IMG/VR virus record: IMGVR_UViG_3300049926_000039
Coordinates: 5,804-69,803 of that record
Origin: a virus
Lineage: Duplodnaviria > Caudoviricetes
Reading direction: 5' to 3' (one strand)
DNA length: 64,000 nucleotides
Position 1 is the first letter of the stretch. The number at the start of each line of letters is the position of its first letter. Positions 1 through 9,135 of this stretch are shown piece by piece. The position numbers were made by a program, and so were the translations under genes. The notes beneath the pieces are model-generated. The model made no database searches. It saw nothing but the letters and a program-made list of their open reading frames with translations, and was not told the origin of the DNA.

Positions 1-98
1 CGGCACCGCGTTCTGTACCACTGGACGCCGGGTCAAGACCGTTGCGCGTGGCGCCGGATCGGTGAAGGCTACTGGACTCGTTCGGCGGGGGCCGACCG

Positions 99-533
99 GT
101 GATCGAGCACGCGTACATCAACGACGACGTCCTGCTCGCGTGCGTGGACCTCGTCGGCCGGGCCGGAGCCAGCGGTTTCGAGATCGGCTATCTGCACGAG
201 GATGTACCGGTCGAGGACGCCGGCTGGTACGCGTACGCCACGTATCACGGCGCCCGGATCACCGTCGAGGATCACCGTTCGCCGACCGGCGCCGCCCTGG
301 CCTTGGCCGAGCGGCTGCTGCGCGGTGCGATGTGCCGCTGCCGGCGGCCCGTGGCGCTGTCGGACCGTGCCGACGGCTGTCGTTGGCGGCTGCTCGGCAA
401 GCGCTGGGAGCCCGGCTGCGACGCGGAGCCGCTGCACATCAAGGGCGAACGTGGCGACCACGCAGCCATTCAGCGGGCGCTCGCCCAGCCTGCCAACCGC
501 GCCGAGCGACGCGCCCGGCGGAAGGGGGCGTAG
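99..533 (+). CDS. hypothetical protein
   Basis: 144 aa ORF with GC3-biased codons and CRC/C motifs, first gene of a tightly overlapping operon. Confidence 0.6.
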   Translation: MIEHAYINDDVLLACVDLVGRAGASGFEIGYLHEDVPVEDAGWYAYATYHGARITVEDHRSPTGAALALAERLLRGAMCRCRRPVALSDRADGCRWRLLGKRWEPGCDAEPLHIKGERGDHAAIQRALAQPANRAERRARRKGA

Positions 534-536
534 ACG

Positions 537-707
537 GTGATCGAGCACGCGCACATCGGGACCGTGCCGTTCTGCGCTCAGGAGTGGATCGAACGTCCCG
601 GCCCGACCCACGGCGCGGCCGAGGTCCGGTGCCCGCACCAGCCCGAGACGCTGCGGTACATCAAAGTCAGAGACCCGCACCGCCCTTCCCCGGAGTCGTC
701 GCCGTGA
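537..707 (+). CDS. small hypothetical protein (56 aa)
   Basis: GTG start, MIEHAHI N-terminus nearly identical to the previous gene's, GTGA overlap with next gene; below ORF-track cutoff. Confidence 0.5.
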   Translation: MIEHAHIGTVPFCAQEWIERPGPTHGAAEVRCPHQPETLRYIKVRDPHRPSPESSP

Positions 708-1159
708 CCCGCGGGACCCGGTGCGCCGCGCACCGGCACGAGTATCCGACCGCCGAGGAGTACCACCACCTGCAACCCCTGTCGCGGGGCGGGAAAACCG
801 AGCAGGCCAACATGGTGTGGCTGTGCGCTAATGCCCACAGCGACGTGCACTACTTCCTCGACACGATCGAGCGCCGCGCGAGGAAGGGCGAGCGTCATCC
901 CGCGTCCGTTCCCGGCGTGACCGCGGTGCATTACGGCCCGGCGATTCGACGCCTGGCCCGGTTGGGGTGGGCGAGGTATGCCGATGATTTCCTGGCCGGA
1001 CGGCTCGACGCGCACGTGATGTTGTGGTCGTCGTCTGGTGCGCCGCGCCTGGAAATCTCCACCGACCTGACGCCGTACTCGCTCGCCGTTCGCCGTTCCG
1101 AGGCCGCTCACTGGCTGAGCGTGGCCCGGATCAAGCTCGCCCTCGAGGAGAAACCGTGA
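704..1159 (+). CDS. HNH endonuclease (possibly HK97 gp74-like packaging accessory)
   Basis: EYHHLQPLSRGGKTEQANMVWLCANAHSDVH HNH motif; start reassigned to GTG 704. Confidence 0.75.
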   Translation: MTRGTRCAAHRHEYPTAEEYHHLQPLSRGGKTEQANMVWLCANAHSDVHYFLDTIERRARKGERHPASVPGVTAVHYGPAIRRLARLGWARYADDFLAGRLDAHVMLWSSSGAPRLEISTDLTPYSLAVRRSEAAHWLSVARIKLALEEKP

Positions 1160-1338
1160 CGTACCTGCCCGCCGATCGCATGCTTACCCCCGCCGAGGTT
1201 GCCGAGATGTTCCGGGTGGATCCGAAGACCGTGACCCGATGGGCGAAGGCCGGCCGGATCAGCAGTATCCGCACCCCGGGCGGGCACCGCCGGTTCCGAG
1301 AGTCCGAGATCCGCGCGCTGTTCGACGGTGAGGCATGA
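1156..1338 (+). CDS. bldC: BldC-family MerR-like HTH developmental regulator
   Basis: LTPAEVAEMFRVDPKTVTRWAKAGRISSIRTPGGHRRFRESEIRAL closely matches Streptomyces BldC as recalled. Confidence 0.85.
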   Translation: MTYLPADRMLTPAEVAEMFRVDPKTVTRWAKAGRISSIRTPGGHRRFRESEIRALFDGEA

Positions 1339-1342
1339 CCAG

Positions 1343-1462
1343 GTGAGCGCCCCCAAGGAGCCTCCGTGGTTGTTCCGGCTGATGGGCCTCGCCATGCTGG
1401 CCGGGATTCTGATCATCGTTCCGATCATGATCTGGCTGCTGTTCTTCCGGCCGTACCCGTGA
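1343..1462 (+). CDS. small membrane protein (39 aa)
   Basis: MSAPKEPPWLFRLMGLAMLAGILIIVPIMIWLLFFRPYP, single TM helix, GTGA overlap with next gene. Confidence 0.5.
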   Translation: MSAPKEPPWLFRLMGLAMLAGILIIVPIMIWLLFFRPYP

Positions 1463-1659
1463 TCAGCCGTGCCGTCGTCGCGATGTGGTCGGCCGTGCTG
1501 GCTCTCGTCGCGCTCATGGGAGTGCAGTGGTTCGTGACCACGCCCGGGATGGTTACCGATCGGGAGTTGCACACGATGATGCTGGCGGCGATCCCCGCCA
1601 TGACCGTGGTCCTCTCGGCCTTCTGGGTCGATGCGGGACGTCGGGAGAATCGACGGTAA
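1459..1659 (+). CDS. small membrane protein
   Basis: two hydrophobic segments, GTGA coupling. Confidence 0.55.
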   Translation: MISRAVVAMWSAVLALVALMGVQWFVTTPGMVTDRELHTMMLAAIPAMTVVLSAFWVDAGRRENRR

Positions 1660-1698
1660 GTGCCGTAAGGTCAGGGGGGACCGAGCCGAGGAGTGGCC

Positions 1699-2115
1699 AT
1701 GCGAAGGATCGTCGCCACACTGAGCGCCACCGTGCTGGCCGTCGTCGCCGGACTGTCCGCCGCGACTCCCGCTCACGCCGACTTCTCTTGGTGTCCTGCG
1801 GGCAAGTTCTGCATGGCGACCAGCGAGAACGGTAACGGGACCAAGTGGTCGTACTGGGTGTCCGCCCAGAACGGCGGAGTCGAGATGGCGACCGGTCAGC
1901 GTTCGCAGGTGTCGTCGGTGTGGAACCGTACCGGTGGTAACCAGTGGATGTACCAGAACCCGACGTGCACCGGACCGGGGTCGATCTTGTTCAACCCCGG
2001 ACAGGCGTTCAATCTTGTCGGTACCTCGTGGGACAATGCCACCCGCTCGTTCTGGAATCAGGACTCCGGGGCTTCCCCACTGAACGGTGTCGACTGCTTC
2101 CACAAGAACGGATGA
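1699..2115 (+). CDS. secreted peptidase inhibitor I36 / beta-gamma-crystallin-like protein
   Basis: signal peptide (AHA-D), CPAGKFC...SSVWNRT...C...WDN pattern, RBS GAGGAG. Confidence 0.75.
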   Translation: MRRIVATLSATVLAVVAGLSAATPAHADFSWCPAGKFCMATSENGNGTKWSYWVSAQNGGVEMATGQRSQVSSVWNRTGGNQWMYQNPTCTGPGSILFNPGQAFNLVGTSWDNATRSFWNQDSGASPLNGVDCFHKNG

Positions 2116-2555
2116 CGACCATGAAGATTCGCCGCATCGTGTCCCTGCTCGCCGTATCGCTGCTCGCGTCCGTCGGCCTGGCGGTCACGGCAAGTCCCGC
2201 GCAGGCCGACTTCTCCTGGTGCCCGGCCGGTAAGTGGTGCATCGCCACGGACGTCAACGGCAACGGCAACAAGTGGAGCTACTGGGTGAGCGCGCAGGAC
2301 GGCGGCGTCGAGATGGCGTCGAGTCAGCGCTCGCAGATCAGCTCGGTGTGGAACCGCACCGCCACGACGGAGACGCTGACCGACAACCTGACGTGCACCG
2401 GCAACAAGGTGGGCATTCCGGCGGGTATCGCTACGAACCTGTCCGATGTCGGGACGGCCGCTCACACGTCGTGGGACAACATCGCCCGGTCGTTCTATAG
2501 CTCGGGTACGACCCAGCCACCGCCGGGCGGGCCCTGCAACCACCAGAACGGGTGA
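2112..2555 (+). CDS. secreted peptidase inhibitor I36-like protein (tandem paralogue)
   Basis: signal peptide AQA-D; mature N-terminus DFSWCPAGKWC nearly identical to the upstream gene. Confidence 0.75.
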   Translation: MTTMKIRRIVSLLAVSLLASVGLAVTASPAQADFSWCPAGKWCIATDVNGNGNKWSYWVSAQDGGVEMASSQRSQISSVWNRTATTETLTDNLTCTGNKVGIPAGIATNLSDVGTAAHTSWDNIARSFYSSGTTQPPPGGPCNHQNG

Positions 2556-2559
2556 CCGA

Positions 2560-3120
2560 ACGTCACAATCTCGGCCGTGGAGGTCATTCTAAGTCTCACG
2601 CGCTGTAAATAACGCCTCTGAGTGACATCCTGCAAGATCGGCCCCTGACGGGACATCGACCGTTCTGCATGGGTCGGACGGCAGGACAGAGGAACAAGGC
2701 CCTGACCAGGCATTATGCAGGCCAAAGTGGGGGATTACGCAGCGTGAGAGCCGAAAATTGCTCAGAGAAAAAGATCTTTGCGGCGCGGCGCGTTTCATGA
2801 TCGCTCGGACCTAAAAATCGGCCGTTACTCAGCGACGTTTCCGCAGGTCAGAGCCTTGATCACATTACATCTCACGCTCTGTGCATACGCTACTGTGCGT
2901 AGTGGGCCACTGTGGGCGTCGTTGTGCCCGATCGTTGACTACTAAGCGTTGAACTTCACGCGTGTAACTACATGCACGTAACTACACGCGTGTATGGCTC
3001 AACCTCAGTGCAACACGCACACCATCACGCATCATCACCTATGCACACGCACTACCCCATGCCGCGCACCCATGCATGTAGGTAGATCTGCTTAGCTCAT
3101 ACCGTAAGTGTCACAAGTAC
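2560..3120. other. AT-richer non-coding region, candidate packaging/terminus (cos-like) region
   Basis: no credible ORF, strong CA/TG strand skew (3000-3070), palindromes (TACACGCGTGTA), CCGCAGGTCAG motif, A/T runs. Confidence 0.35.
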
Positions 3121-3136
3121 TGCTAGCATCCCGACC

Positions 3137-3577
3137 ATGACCACCTTCCGCTCGGTACCCCTGACCCTCACCACTACCGCCCTCGCCCTGGCCCTGTCCG
3201 CATGCGGCACCTCACCTACCACCCCTGACCCCACCCCTGTGGGTACCCCTGCCACCTCCGCCCCTGCCGCCCCTGCGGGTACCGGTGCCAAGGCCCCCAC
3301 TCAGGGAACCCCCCGTACCAAGCCCCCCGTCAAGGCGGCCCCTGCACCCACCATCACCGAGGGCACGTGGCACGTGGGTGAGGATGTCCCCGCCGGCACG
3401 TACCGCACGGTGGATGTGGTCAGTTCGGAGGGCACCTGCTACTGGATGAAGGCCAAGGACTCGGAGGGTTCGGACATCATTGCCAACGGGGTGCCCACGG
3501 GTGGACATCCGCAGGTCACCTTGGTCAAGGGCCAGTGGTTCACCACCGAGTCATGCGGTACGTGGGTCAAGCGGTAG
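3137..3577 (+). CDS. lipoprotein
   Basis: lipobox LSA-C, Pro/Thr/Ala linker, GTWHVGEDVPAGTYRT...CYW domain; TGCTAGCAT-N7-ATG leaderless promoter. Confidence 0.8.
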   Translation: MTTFRSVPLTLTTTALALALSACGTSPTTPDPTPVGTPATSAPAAPAGTGAKAPTQGTPRTKPPVKAAPAPTITEGTWHVGEDVPAGTYRTVDVVSSEGTCYWMKAKDSEGSDIIANGVPTGGHPQVTLVKGQWFTTESCGTWVKR

Positions 3578-3869
3578 CCCGCCGTGGCGGTGGGGCGGTA
3601 TCCTGATCGGGTAGTTGCCCAGCACGCGCGACCATATCGCGCACCGTAGGACTTGTGTGCCCCTACGCACGCCCCCGCATGTCGGGGCCGTTTGCGTGTC
3701 CGACTCCGGGTCTAGCCTGAGCGCATGGCCTGCGAAGCCGAGCACCACGAGCGGTACCGGAACCCCGGATGGGCATGCCGCGGGCGTGGACTGACGACGT
3801 TGCTCCGCATAGACCGGCCCGCCCTCGTGCCACGTGGCTTCACGCATGAATCGCGATTCGCGATTCGCG

Positions 3870-4175
3870 TCAGTCCCCGCCCATAGGGTTCTCCTCCATC
3901 GGGTCGCTGAGCACCTCGGCCCACATGATTGCCCCCGCAGCAAACAGACGGCGCCGCGACGCGAGTACCTCGATGACCATGCCCCGCTCGACCCGGGCCA
4001 CGAGGTCATCCCAGTTGCTCACGTCGCGGATGGCCAGCAGCCCGACTATCGCGGAGTCCCCGCCGTACAGGTGCAGTTTGACCAGCGTGCCCAGCCCGAA
4101 GCGGTGCGCGGCGGAGTCGGTCAGCGGATCGGGGATGTAGTCGTCGGGGTAGTGGTGCCCGTAGATCCCACTCAC
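3870..4175 (-). CDS. hypothetical protein
   Basis: 101 aa ORF coupled to upstream minus-strand gene. Confidence 0.6.
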   Translation of the reverse strand: MSGIYGHHYPDDYIPDPLTDSAAHRFGLGTLVKLHLYGGDSAIVGLLAIRDVSNWDDLVARVERGMVIEVLASRRRLFAAGAIMWAEVLSDPMEENPMGGD

Positions 4176-4492
4176 GGTTCATCGCCGAAGGGGTCCCCGG
4201 TCGGGGGGCGGTACACGGGCTTGTCGTGGAAGCGCAGGGTCGACCCGATCGGGGGGTCGATGGCATCCGCGATGTCGTCGGTCAGATGCTGCCAGAACGT
4301 CCGCACGTCGGATGCGTGGAACGGCACGAGGTCCGACTTCGTCTCGAACCGAGCGGGCGTCTCGTCGATCAGGCGCTGCCCGGCCGCCTTCGCTTCCCGC
4401 TGTGCGTCGGCCTGAGTGCCGATGCGGTCGGTCCATCCGGCGAGGATCTGCTCGGCGGCTCGAACCAACGCGCTCGTGGTGAATCGAATCAT
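4172..4492 (-). CDS. hypothetical protein
   Basis: ATG 4492 (MIRFTT), overlap with next gene. Confidence 0.55.
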   Translation of the reverse strand: MIRFTTSALVRAAEQILAGWTDRIGTQADAQREAKAAGQRLIDETPARFETKSDLVPFHASDVRTFWQHLTDDIADAIDPPIGSTLRFHDKPVYRPPTGDPFGDEP

Positions 4493-4550
4493 GGCCCTGA
4501 TCGTCGCATGCCGTACGGCGGACCGCGCTGCCCATCGATACGATGCCCTC

Positions 4551-4976
4551 ATGAGTACCTCCGCTCGCCGGCGACGTACCGTCGCCCTCCTCATGTCCCC
4601 GGTCATGGCGCTGGCAGGCGCCCTGGCGATCGCCACCCCGGCATCGGCAAACCCGTACTCGAACACCGACGGCTACTGCGAGCAGGGCCGCATCTGCTTC
4701 TGGGAGAACAGCTACGAGACGGGCCGCCGGTTCACGTACCGCCCGTCGTACGGGACGGGGTTCAATCTGCAGTCGATGGCCAACAAGGTGTCTTCGATCA
4801 TGAACCACTCGGGTGACGACTGGACGGTGTTCGACTGGGGCAACTGCGACCCCGGCCACTGGCATCGGTACGTGTACGACGGCGCCACGATCGACAACAT
4901 GTACGGCTCGGACTGGCAGGACCGGATCAGTTCCACCAGCGTGATCAGCCGGACTTATGCGGGTCCGCCGTGCTGA
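4551..4976 (+). CDS. secreted peptidase inhibitor I36-like protein
   Basis: signal peptide ASA-N, CEQGRICFWENSYETG...VSSIMN...WQDRISS; TACGAT-N6-ATG promoter. Confidence 0.75.
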   Translation: MSTSARRRRTVALLMSPVMALAGALAIATPASANPYSNTDGYCEQGRICFWENSYETGRRFTYRPSYGTGFNLQSMANKVSSIMNHSGDDWTVFDWGNCDPGHWHRYVYDGATIDNMYGSDWQDRISSTSVISRTYAGPPC

Positions 4977-5323
4977 CCCGCAGGGTGGGTACGGCCACGG
5001 CGGCGATGCTGCTCGGGGCTGCCGCGATCCTCGGGCTGGGCACTCCCGCGCAGGCGTCGGACGGCTGCGGATACCCGCACGTCTGCATCTACCAGGGCAC
5101 CGGCCAGTCTCGCCCCACGGGCCGCTTCCAGGACGTCACCTCGGGCTGGCAGTGGCTGAGCCGCTCGTTCGGTGCGAAGTCGTTCCGCAACACTCGCCAT
5201 GACGACGTCGCCTACATCCTGACGACCACCGGTCGGGTGATCTGCGTCCGGCCGGGGGCGACCGGCGGCCTGATGAACGGTGGGGCCACGGCCATCCGCA
5301 TCTCGTACCGCTCGCACTGCTGA
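4970..5323 (+). CDS. secreted I36-like protein
   Basis: signal peptide AQA-S, CGYPHVCIY...SFRNTRHDD...C pattern. Confidence 0.65.
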   Translation: MLTRRVGTATAAMLLGAAAILGLGTPAQASDGCGYPHVCIYQGTGQSRPTGRFQDVTSGWQWLSRSFGAKSFRNTRHDDVAYILTTTGRVICVRPGATGGLMNGGATAIRISYRSHC

Positions 5324-5482
5324 GATGATGACCCGATGACCGCCGCCTACTGCTGACCTAGGGGTCGACAGCCGGTAATGAGACTTCCGCTGAGGGCTTT
5401 TATGCGGGAGCTAACCCCGCAGTAGCGCACTTCATGTGACACGAGCGACGCCCGGACTCGGCACGGTCCGGGCGTCCGTGCG

Positions 5483-5758
5483 TCACGGGGTCTGGTAGTG
5501 CCATCCGTTCGGGGTGCGGGTCCACGAGTGCAGGATCTGCCACGCCCCGCCGGGTAGCTTCGCGTCGAGGATGATCCGGCCGATGTCGGTACGTGCGACG
5601 CCCTCCTCCACCCCGAGATCGGCCGAGGTCCGGTCGGCGTACACGGTGCGCAGGGCCACCTCACCGGCGACCGCGGGCGGCAGTACGTCGTCGGCATGGA
5701 GCAGCGTGCACCGGTAGATCTCAGGCTCGCCACTCTCGGTCACGGTCTGATCAGGCAT
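5483..5758 (-). CDS. hypothetical protein
   Basis: 91 aa ORF with normal composition in an otherwise empty interval. Confidence 0.5.
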   Translation of the reverse strand: MPDQTVTESGEPEIYRCTLLHADDVLPPAVAGEVALRTVYADRTSADLGVEEGVARTDIGRIILDAKLPGGAWQILHSWTRTPNGWHYQTP

Positions 5759-5815
5759 GATGATCCCTATCGGTGGGCGATTCGCTCGGTCCCATCATGG
5801 CAGGAAGGCGTGCGT

Positions 5816-6682
5816 ATGTATCGGGTCCGCTACCTGCAGCAGATGGACACCAGGCTCGGTCGGCACGTCCACCACGATCCACGCAGTCGGGCATACCCCG
5901 TACGGCCGCGCGTCAGTGCACTGGCGTCGATCCGCCACGTCCGTCACGTCCCGGTGTTCAACCAGGGCCATATCGGCAGTTGCACCGGTCACGCCGCGGT
6001 CGGCTGCATGGGTACGGGCCTGTTCTACGGCTCGTTGGAGAACGCGTGGGTGCCGCAGTTCTTCCCGTACTCGGAGGCGGGCGCGGTGGCCTGCTACAGC
6101 CGCGCGACCGTGCTTGACTCGTATGCGGGCGACTACCCGCCGGACGACACGGGTAGCGACGGGTTGAGCGTGGCCAAGGCGCTGCAGGAGAAGGGCGAGA
6201 TCTCCGGCTACGAGCACGCGTTCGGCTTGGATCACGGCCTGCTGGGGCTCATGGAACGTCCGGCGATCGTGGGCGTGGCCTGGATGAACGACATGTTCGA
6301 CCCGGACCGGGAGGGCATCGTGCACCCGACGGGCGCACTGGCCGGCGGCCACGAGTTCGTGTGGGACGAGTACGACGCGGCCCGTGGCCTGGTCGGCTTC
6401 ACCAACTCATGGGGACTGTCGTGGGGCAAGGCGGGCCGATTCTTCATGCCCGCCGAGGAGTTCGGCGCCCTGCTCGCCCAAGACGGCGACGTGACGTCGT
6501 TCGTGCCGATCGACGACCCGGCGCCGCTGCCGATCCCAATCCCGCCGTTGCCGGGCAGGGACGATCCAGGCGACATGCTGTGGAAGCTGACGGACGCCTG
6601 GTCGGCGGGGCATCACACGGGCGGTAACAGGCACGCGGCCCACGCGGTCCGCGATTGGGCTAAGGCGACAGGGAGGCTCTGA
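5816..6682 (+). CDS. papain-like (C1) cysteine protease with small C-terminal domain
   Basis: NQGHIGSCTG (Gln oxyanion, Cys), GGHEF (His), TNSWG (Asn). Confidence 0.85.
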   Translation: MYRVRYLQQMDTRLGRHVHHDPRSRAYPVRPRVSALASIRHVRHVPVFNQGHIGSCTGHAAVGCMGTGLFYGSLENAWVPQFFPYSEAGAVACYSRATVLDSYAGDYPPDDTGSDGLSVAKALQEKGEISGYEHAFGLDHGLLGLMERPAIVGVAWMNDMFDPDREGIVHPTGALAGGHEFVWDEYDAARGLVGFTNSWGLSWGKAGRFFMPAEEFGALLAQDGDVTSFVPIDDPAPLPIPIPPLPGRDDPGDMLWKLTDAWSAGHHTGGNRHAAHAVRDWAKATGRL

Positions 6683-6683
6683 T

Positions 6684-6884
6684 ATGCCGTTCCTCGCGGA
6701 GGAGGGCGACAGTGCGCTGTACGTCCAGTGCGACCGGGGGGCCGAGTGCCCCGATCATGTCGAGGGCTACGAGCACGCGCACTTCACTCCGGAACCCGGC
6801 CGGACCACCGGTTCGGGTCCGACCGGGGCCGATGTGACCCCGCCGTTGCGCAACACACGCCGCACCCCGCCGGACGTCCGATGA
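6684..6884 (+). CDS. hypothetical protein
   Basis: 66 aa, coupled operon. Confidence 0.5.
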   Translation: MPFLAEEGDSALYVQCDRGAECPDHVEGYEHAHFTPEPGRTTGSGPTGADVTPPLRNTRRTPPDVR

Positions 6885-7057
6885 CCGTGGATGTCGAGTG
6901 GGTCGACGGCGAACATCGCACCTACACCGACGTAGAGGACACGTCGGTAGGCACCGAGGTTCTACGCCTGTACGGGTACGTGATCGGCGGCCGTCGAGAA
7001 GTGATCGCCAACCTGCCGCTCTTCCACGTCCGCGAGTGGAAGGTATCCGGCCGATGA
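6881..7057 (+). CDS. hypothetical protein
   Basis: 58 aa, ATGA overlaps. Confidence 0.55.
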   Translation: MTVDVEWVDGEHRTYTDVEDTSVGTEVLRLYGYVIGGRREVIANLPLFHVREWKVSGR

Positions 7058-7335
7058 CCGACCCCGAGGCGCCCGGGGTGATGCTCTCGGCGGTCAACCG
7101 GGACCTCGAATCCATCAAGGTGAGCGAGGTCCCAGGCGGTTTCACGTATGCGGCCATCGCCGTCTATCTGGCCGGCGTGATCGACAAACGTGGGGCCGAT
7201 GATGGACCCTCTGTAACAGCACGCTTGGCCGATCAGCTAGGTAAGGCCATGGCAGCGCTCACCAGGAAGGGCGGCGACAGTGGCGACTCGTTCGACGCCT
7301 TCACCGAATCCATCTCCGAACCGATCCGTGAGTGA
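7054..7335 (+). CDS. probable terminase small subunit
   Basis: 93 aa helical protein just upstream of terL; synteny only. Confidence 0.5.
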   Translation: MTDPEAPGVMLSAVNRDLESIKVSEVPGGFTYAAIAVYLAGVIDKRGADDGPSVTARLADQLGKAMAALTRKGGDSGDSFDAFTESISEPIRE

Positions 7336-7501
7336 CGGCGTGCACGTGCTCACGGCGACGTACGCCGATGGCCGCACCGAGCGGATCCCGTGCCCCTGCG
7401 CATGGTGCGACCTGTGGCGGGCGTACCTACCGCAGATCAATGCGTTCCTGACCGAGGTCGAGCCGACCGTGCCATGGACGTACGGCCAGAGTGCCTCGTG
7501 A
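7328..7501 (+). CDS. hypothetical protein
   Basis: 57 aa, CPCAWC motif, overlaps terL start. Confidence 0.5.
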   Translation: MSDGVHVLTATYADGRTERIPCPCAWCDLWRAYLPQINAFLTEVEPTVPWTYGQSAS

Positions 7502-9135
7502 CGGTCGCCATGGAATTGACCTGCCCTCCACTGTTCGGTACGAAGCGGTCACCCGAACGGCCGACCCTCGGCCCGCAGGTGGCCCGCATCGCTGAGCAGT
7601 TGGGGCAGCCACTGCTACCACATCAGCGCTACATCTGCGATGTCGCGTTCGAGATCGACACCCAGACCGGGTACCTCGCGTATGACGAGGTGGTGGTGAT
7701 CGGCCCTAGACAATTGACCGGCAAGACCTTCCTCATCCACCCCGTCATGACCCACCGATGCGTCGGGTTCGGGGACGCACTGGTCGCATGGGTCAAACGC
7801 GAGCTCGGGCACACCGTCGTCGCGCCGGGTGCGCAACGGGTGCTCCATACCGCGCAGACGTTCGACAAGGCTAAGGAGAACTGGCGGGACACGTACATCT
7901 ACGGCGAGCATGGGCTGAAGAGATCGCCCTTCCGGTCGGTGATCGATGTACGGCTGAAGACGAACATGGAGGCCATCGCCTGGCCGAACGGCTCATCGTG
8001 GTCACCTGCGGCGACTACCGCGAAGACCGGTGGTACCGGTGCCACGCTGGATCTGGGCGTGATCGACGAGTCGTGGTCGCATCAGGATTTCCGTACCGAA
8101 CTGGCCATGCGGCCCGCCATGCTGACTCGGCCATGGGCTCAACTCTGGTCGCTGTCGATGATCCCCGGGCTGTCTCGCTCACAACCCGGTTCGTGGTCGT
8201 ACCTGCGCACGAAGCGGCAGAACGGTCGAGCACGAGTACAGGCGGACATCCGGCACGGCATGGCGTTCTTCGATTGGGCAGCCGCGCCGGGGCTCGACCC
8301 CGGCATGGAATCGACGTGGTGGACTTGCCTGCCCACGCTCGGGTTCCATCCCGGCGCTGTCCGTTCGGTCCGTTCCAGCTATGAGGCTGCGGTGGGGAAC
8401 GGCCAATTGGTCGACTTCTGCGCGGAGATCCTCGGATGGGAGCCTGCCCCGGGGCAACTGAGGTGGGGTGTGGTCAGCGAGGCGACGTGGCGTGCACTGA
8501 TCATCCCGGCCCACCGCGGCGCCTATCAGGACCCGGTCGCGTTCGGGGTGGACGCCCAACCGGATCAGTCGACGGCGAGCATCGGCATGGCCGCACGGAC
8601 GGTCATGGGTGACACGTTCGTGGAACTGATCGAGCGCAAGCCGGGCCTGAACTGGACGATCCCCGCCCTGGTGAAACTGGCCGCCGAGCATGGTCCATGC
8701 GCCATCGGCATCGCCGCGCACGGGCCGGCGGCGAGCATCATCGAACCGCTGCGGCGGGCACTGCTGGAAGCGGACGTCGACTGCCCCCCCTCGGTGGACA
8801 AGAGCATCGTCAAGGCTTTCCAAGGTCCGGACGTGTCGAAAGCGTGCCGTCAGTTCTTCCTCGAAACGGGCGAGGTCGGGGAGTATGACCAGGATGATCC
8901 GGCGCATGACGTGAACCGGCGTCTCGTGCACATCGACCAGCCCGAGCTCAACGCGTCGTTGGCGGGCGCGGTGAAGTACACATTCTCCGACGAGTGGCGC
9001 TGGCAGCGGTCGAGCGACGGAGGCGACGCCTCACCGCTGTACTCCGTGACGCTGGCGCGGGCCGCCGGCGAGTCGGTCGAATGGCTGGGCGGCTCGTACG
9101 ACATCCGCGACAGCTTGGGAGGGGCGAGGCAGTGA
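7498..9135 (+). CDS. terL: terminase large subunit
   Basis: Q motif LLPHQ, Walker A GPRQLTGKT, Walker B GVIDE, nuclease FGVD. Confidence 0.9.
   Translation: MTVAMELTCPPLFGTKRSPERPTLGPQVARIAEQLGQPLLPHQRYICDVAFEIDTQTGYLAYDEVVVIGPRQLTGKTFLIHPVMTHRCVGFGDALVAWVKRELGHTVVAPGAQRVLHTAQTFDKAKENWRDTYIYGEHGLKRSPFRSVIDVRLKTNMEAIAWPNGSSWSPAATTAKTGGTGATLDLGVIDESWSHQDFRTELAMRPAMLTRPWAQLWSLSMIPGLSRSQPGSWSYLRTKRQNGRARVQADIRHGMAFFDWAAAPGLDPGMESTWWTCLPTLGFHPGAVRSVRSSYEAAVGNGQLVDFCAEILGWEPAPGQLRWGVVSEATWRALIIPAHRGAYQDPVAFGVDAQPDQSTASIGMAARTVMGDTFVELIERKPGLNWTIPALVKLAAEHGPCAIGIAAHGPAASIIEPLRRALLEADVDCPPSVDKSIVKAFQGPDVSKACRQFFLETGEVGEYDQDDPAHDVNRRLVHIDQPELNASLAGAVKYTFSDEWRWQRSSDGGDASPLYSVTLARAAGESVEWLGGSYDIRDSLGGARQ

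Noticed and set aside
62-703. 365-aa ORF 62-1159 as one protein
   Set aside because: The N-terminal 214 codons are Arg/Pro-rich noise overlapping two better genes; the real HNH starts at GTG 704.
3551-3870. Possible HNH or other gene downstream of 3870-4175
   Set aside because: All three minus frames were translated; none shows motifs or convincing composition.
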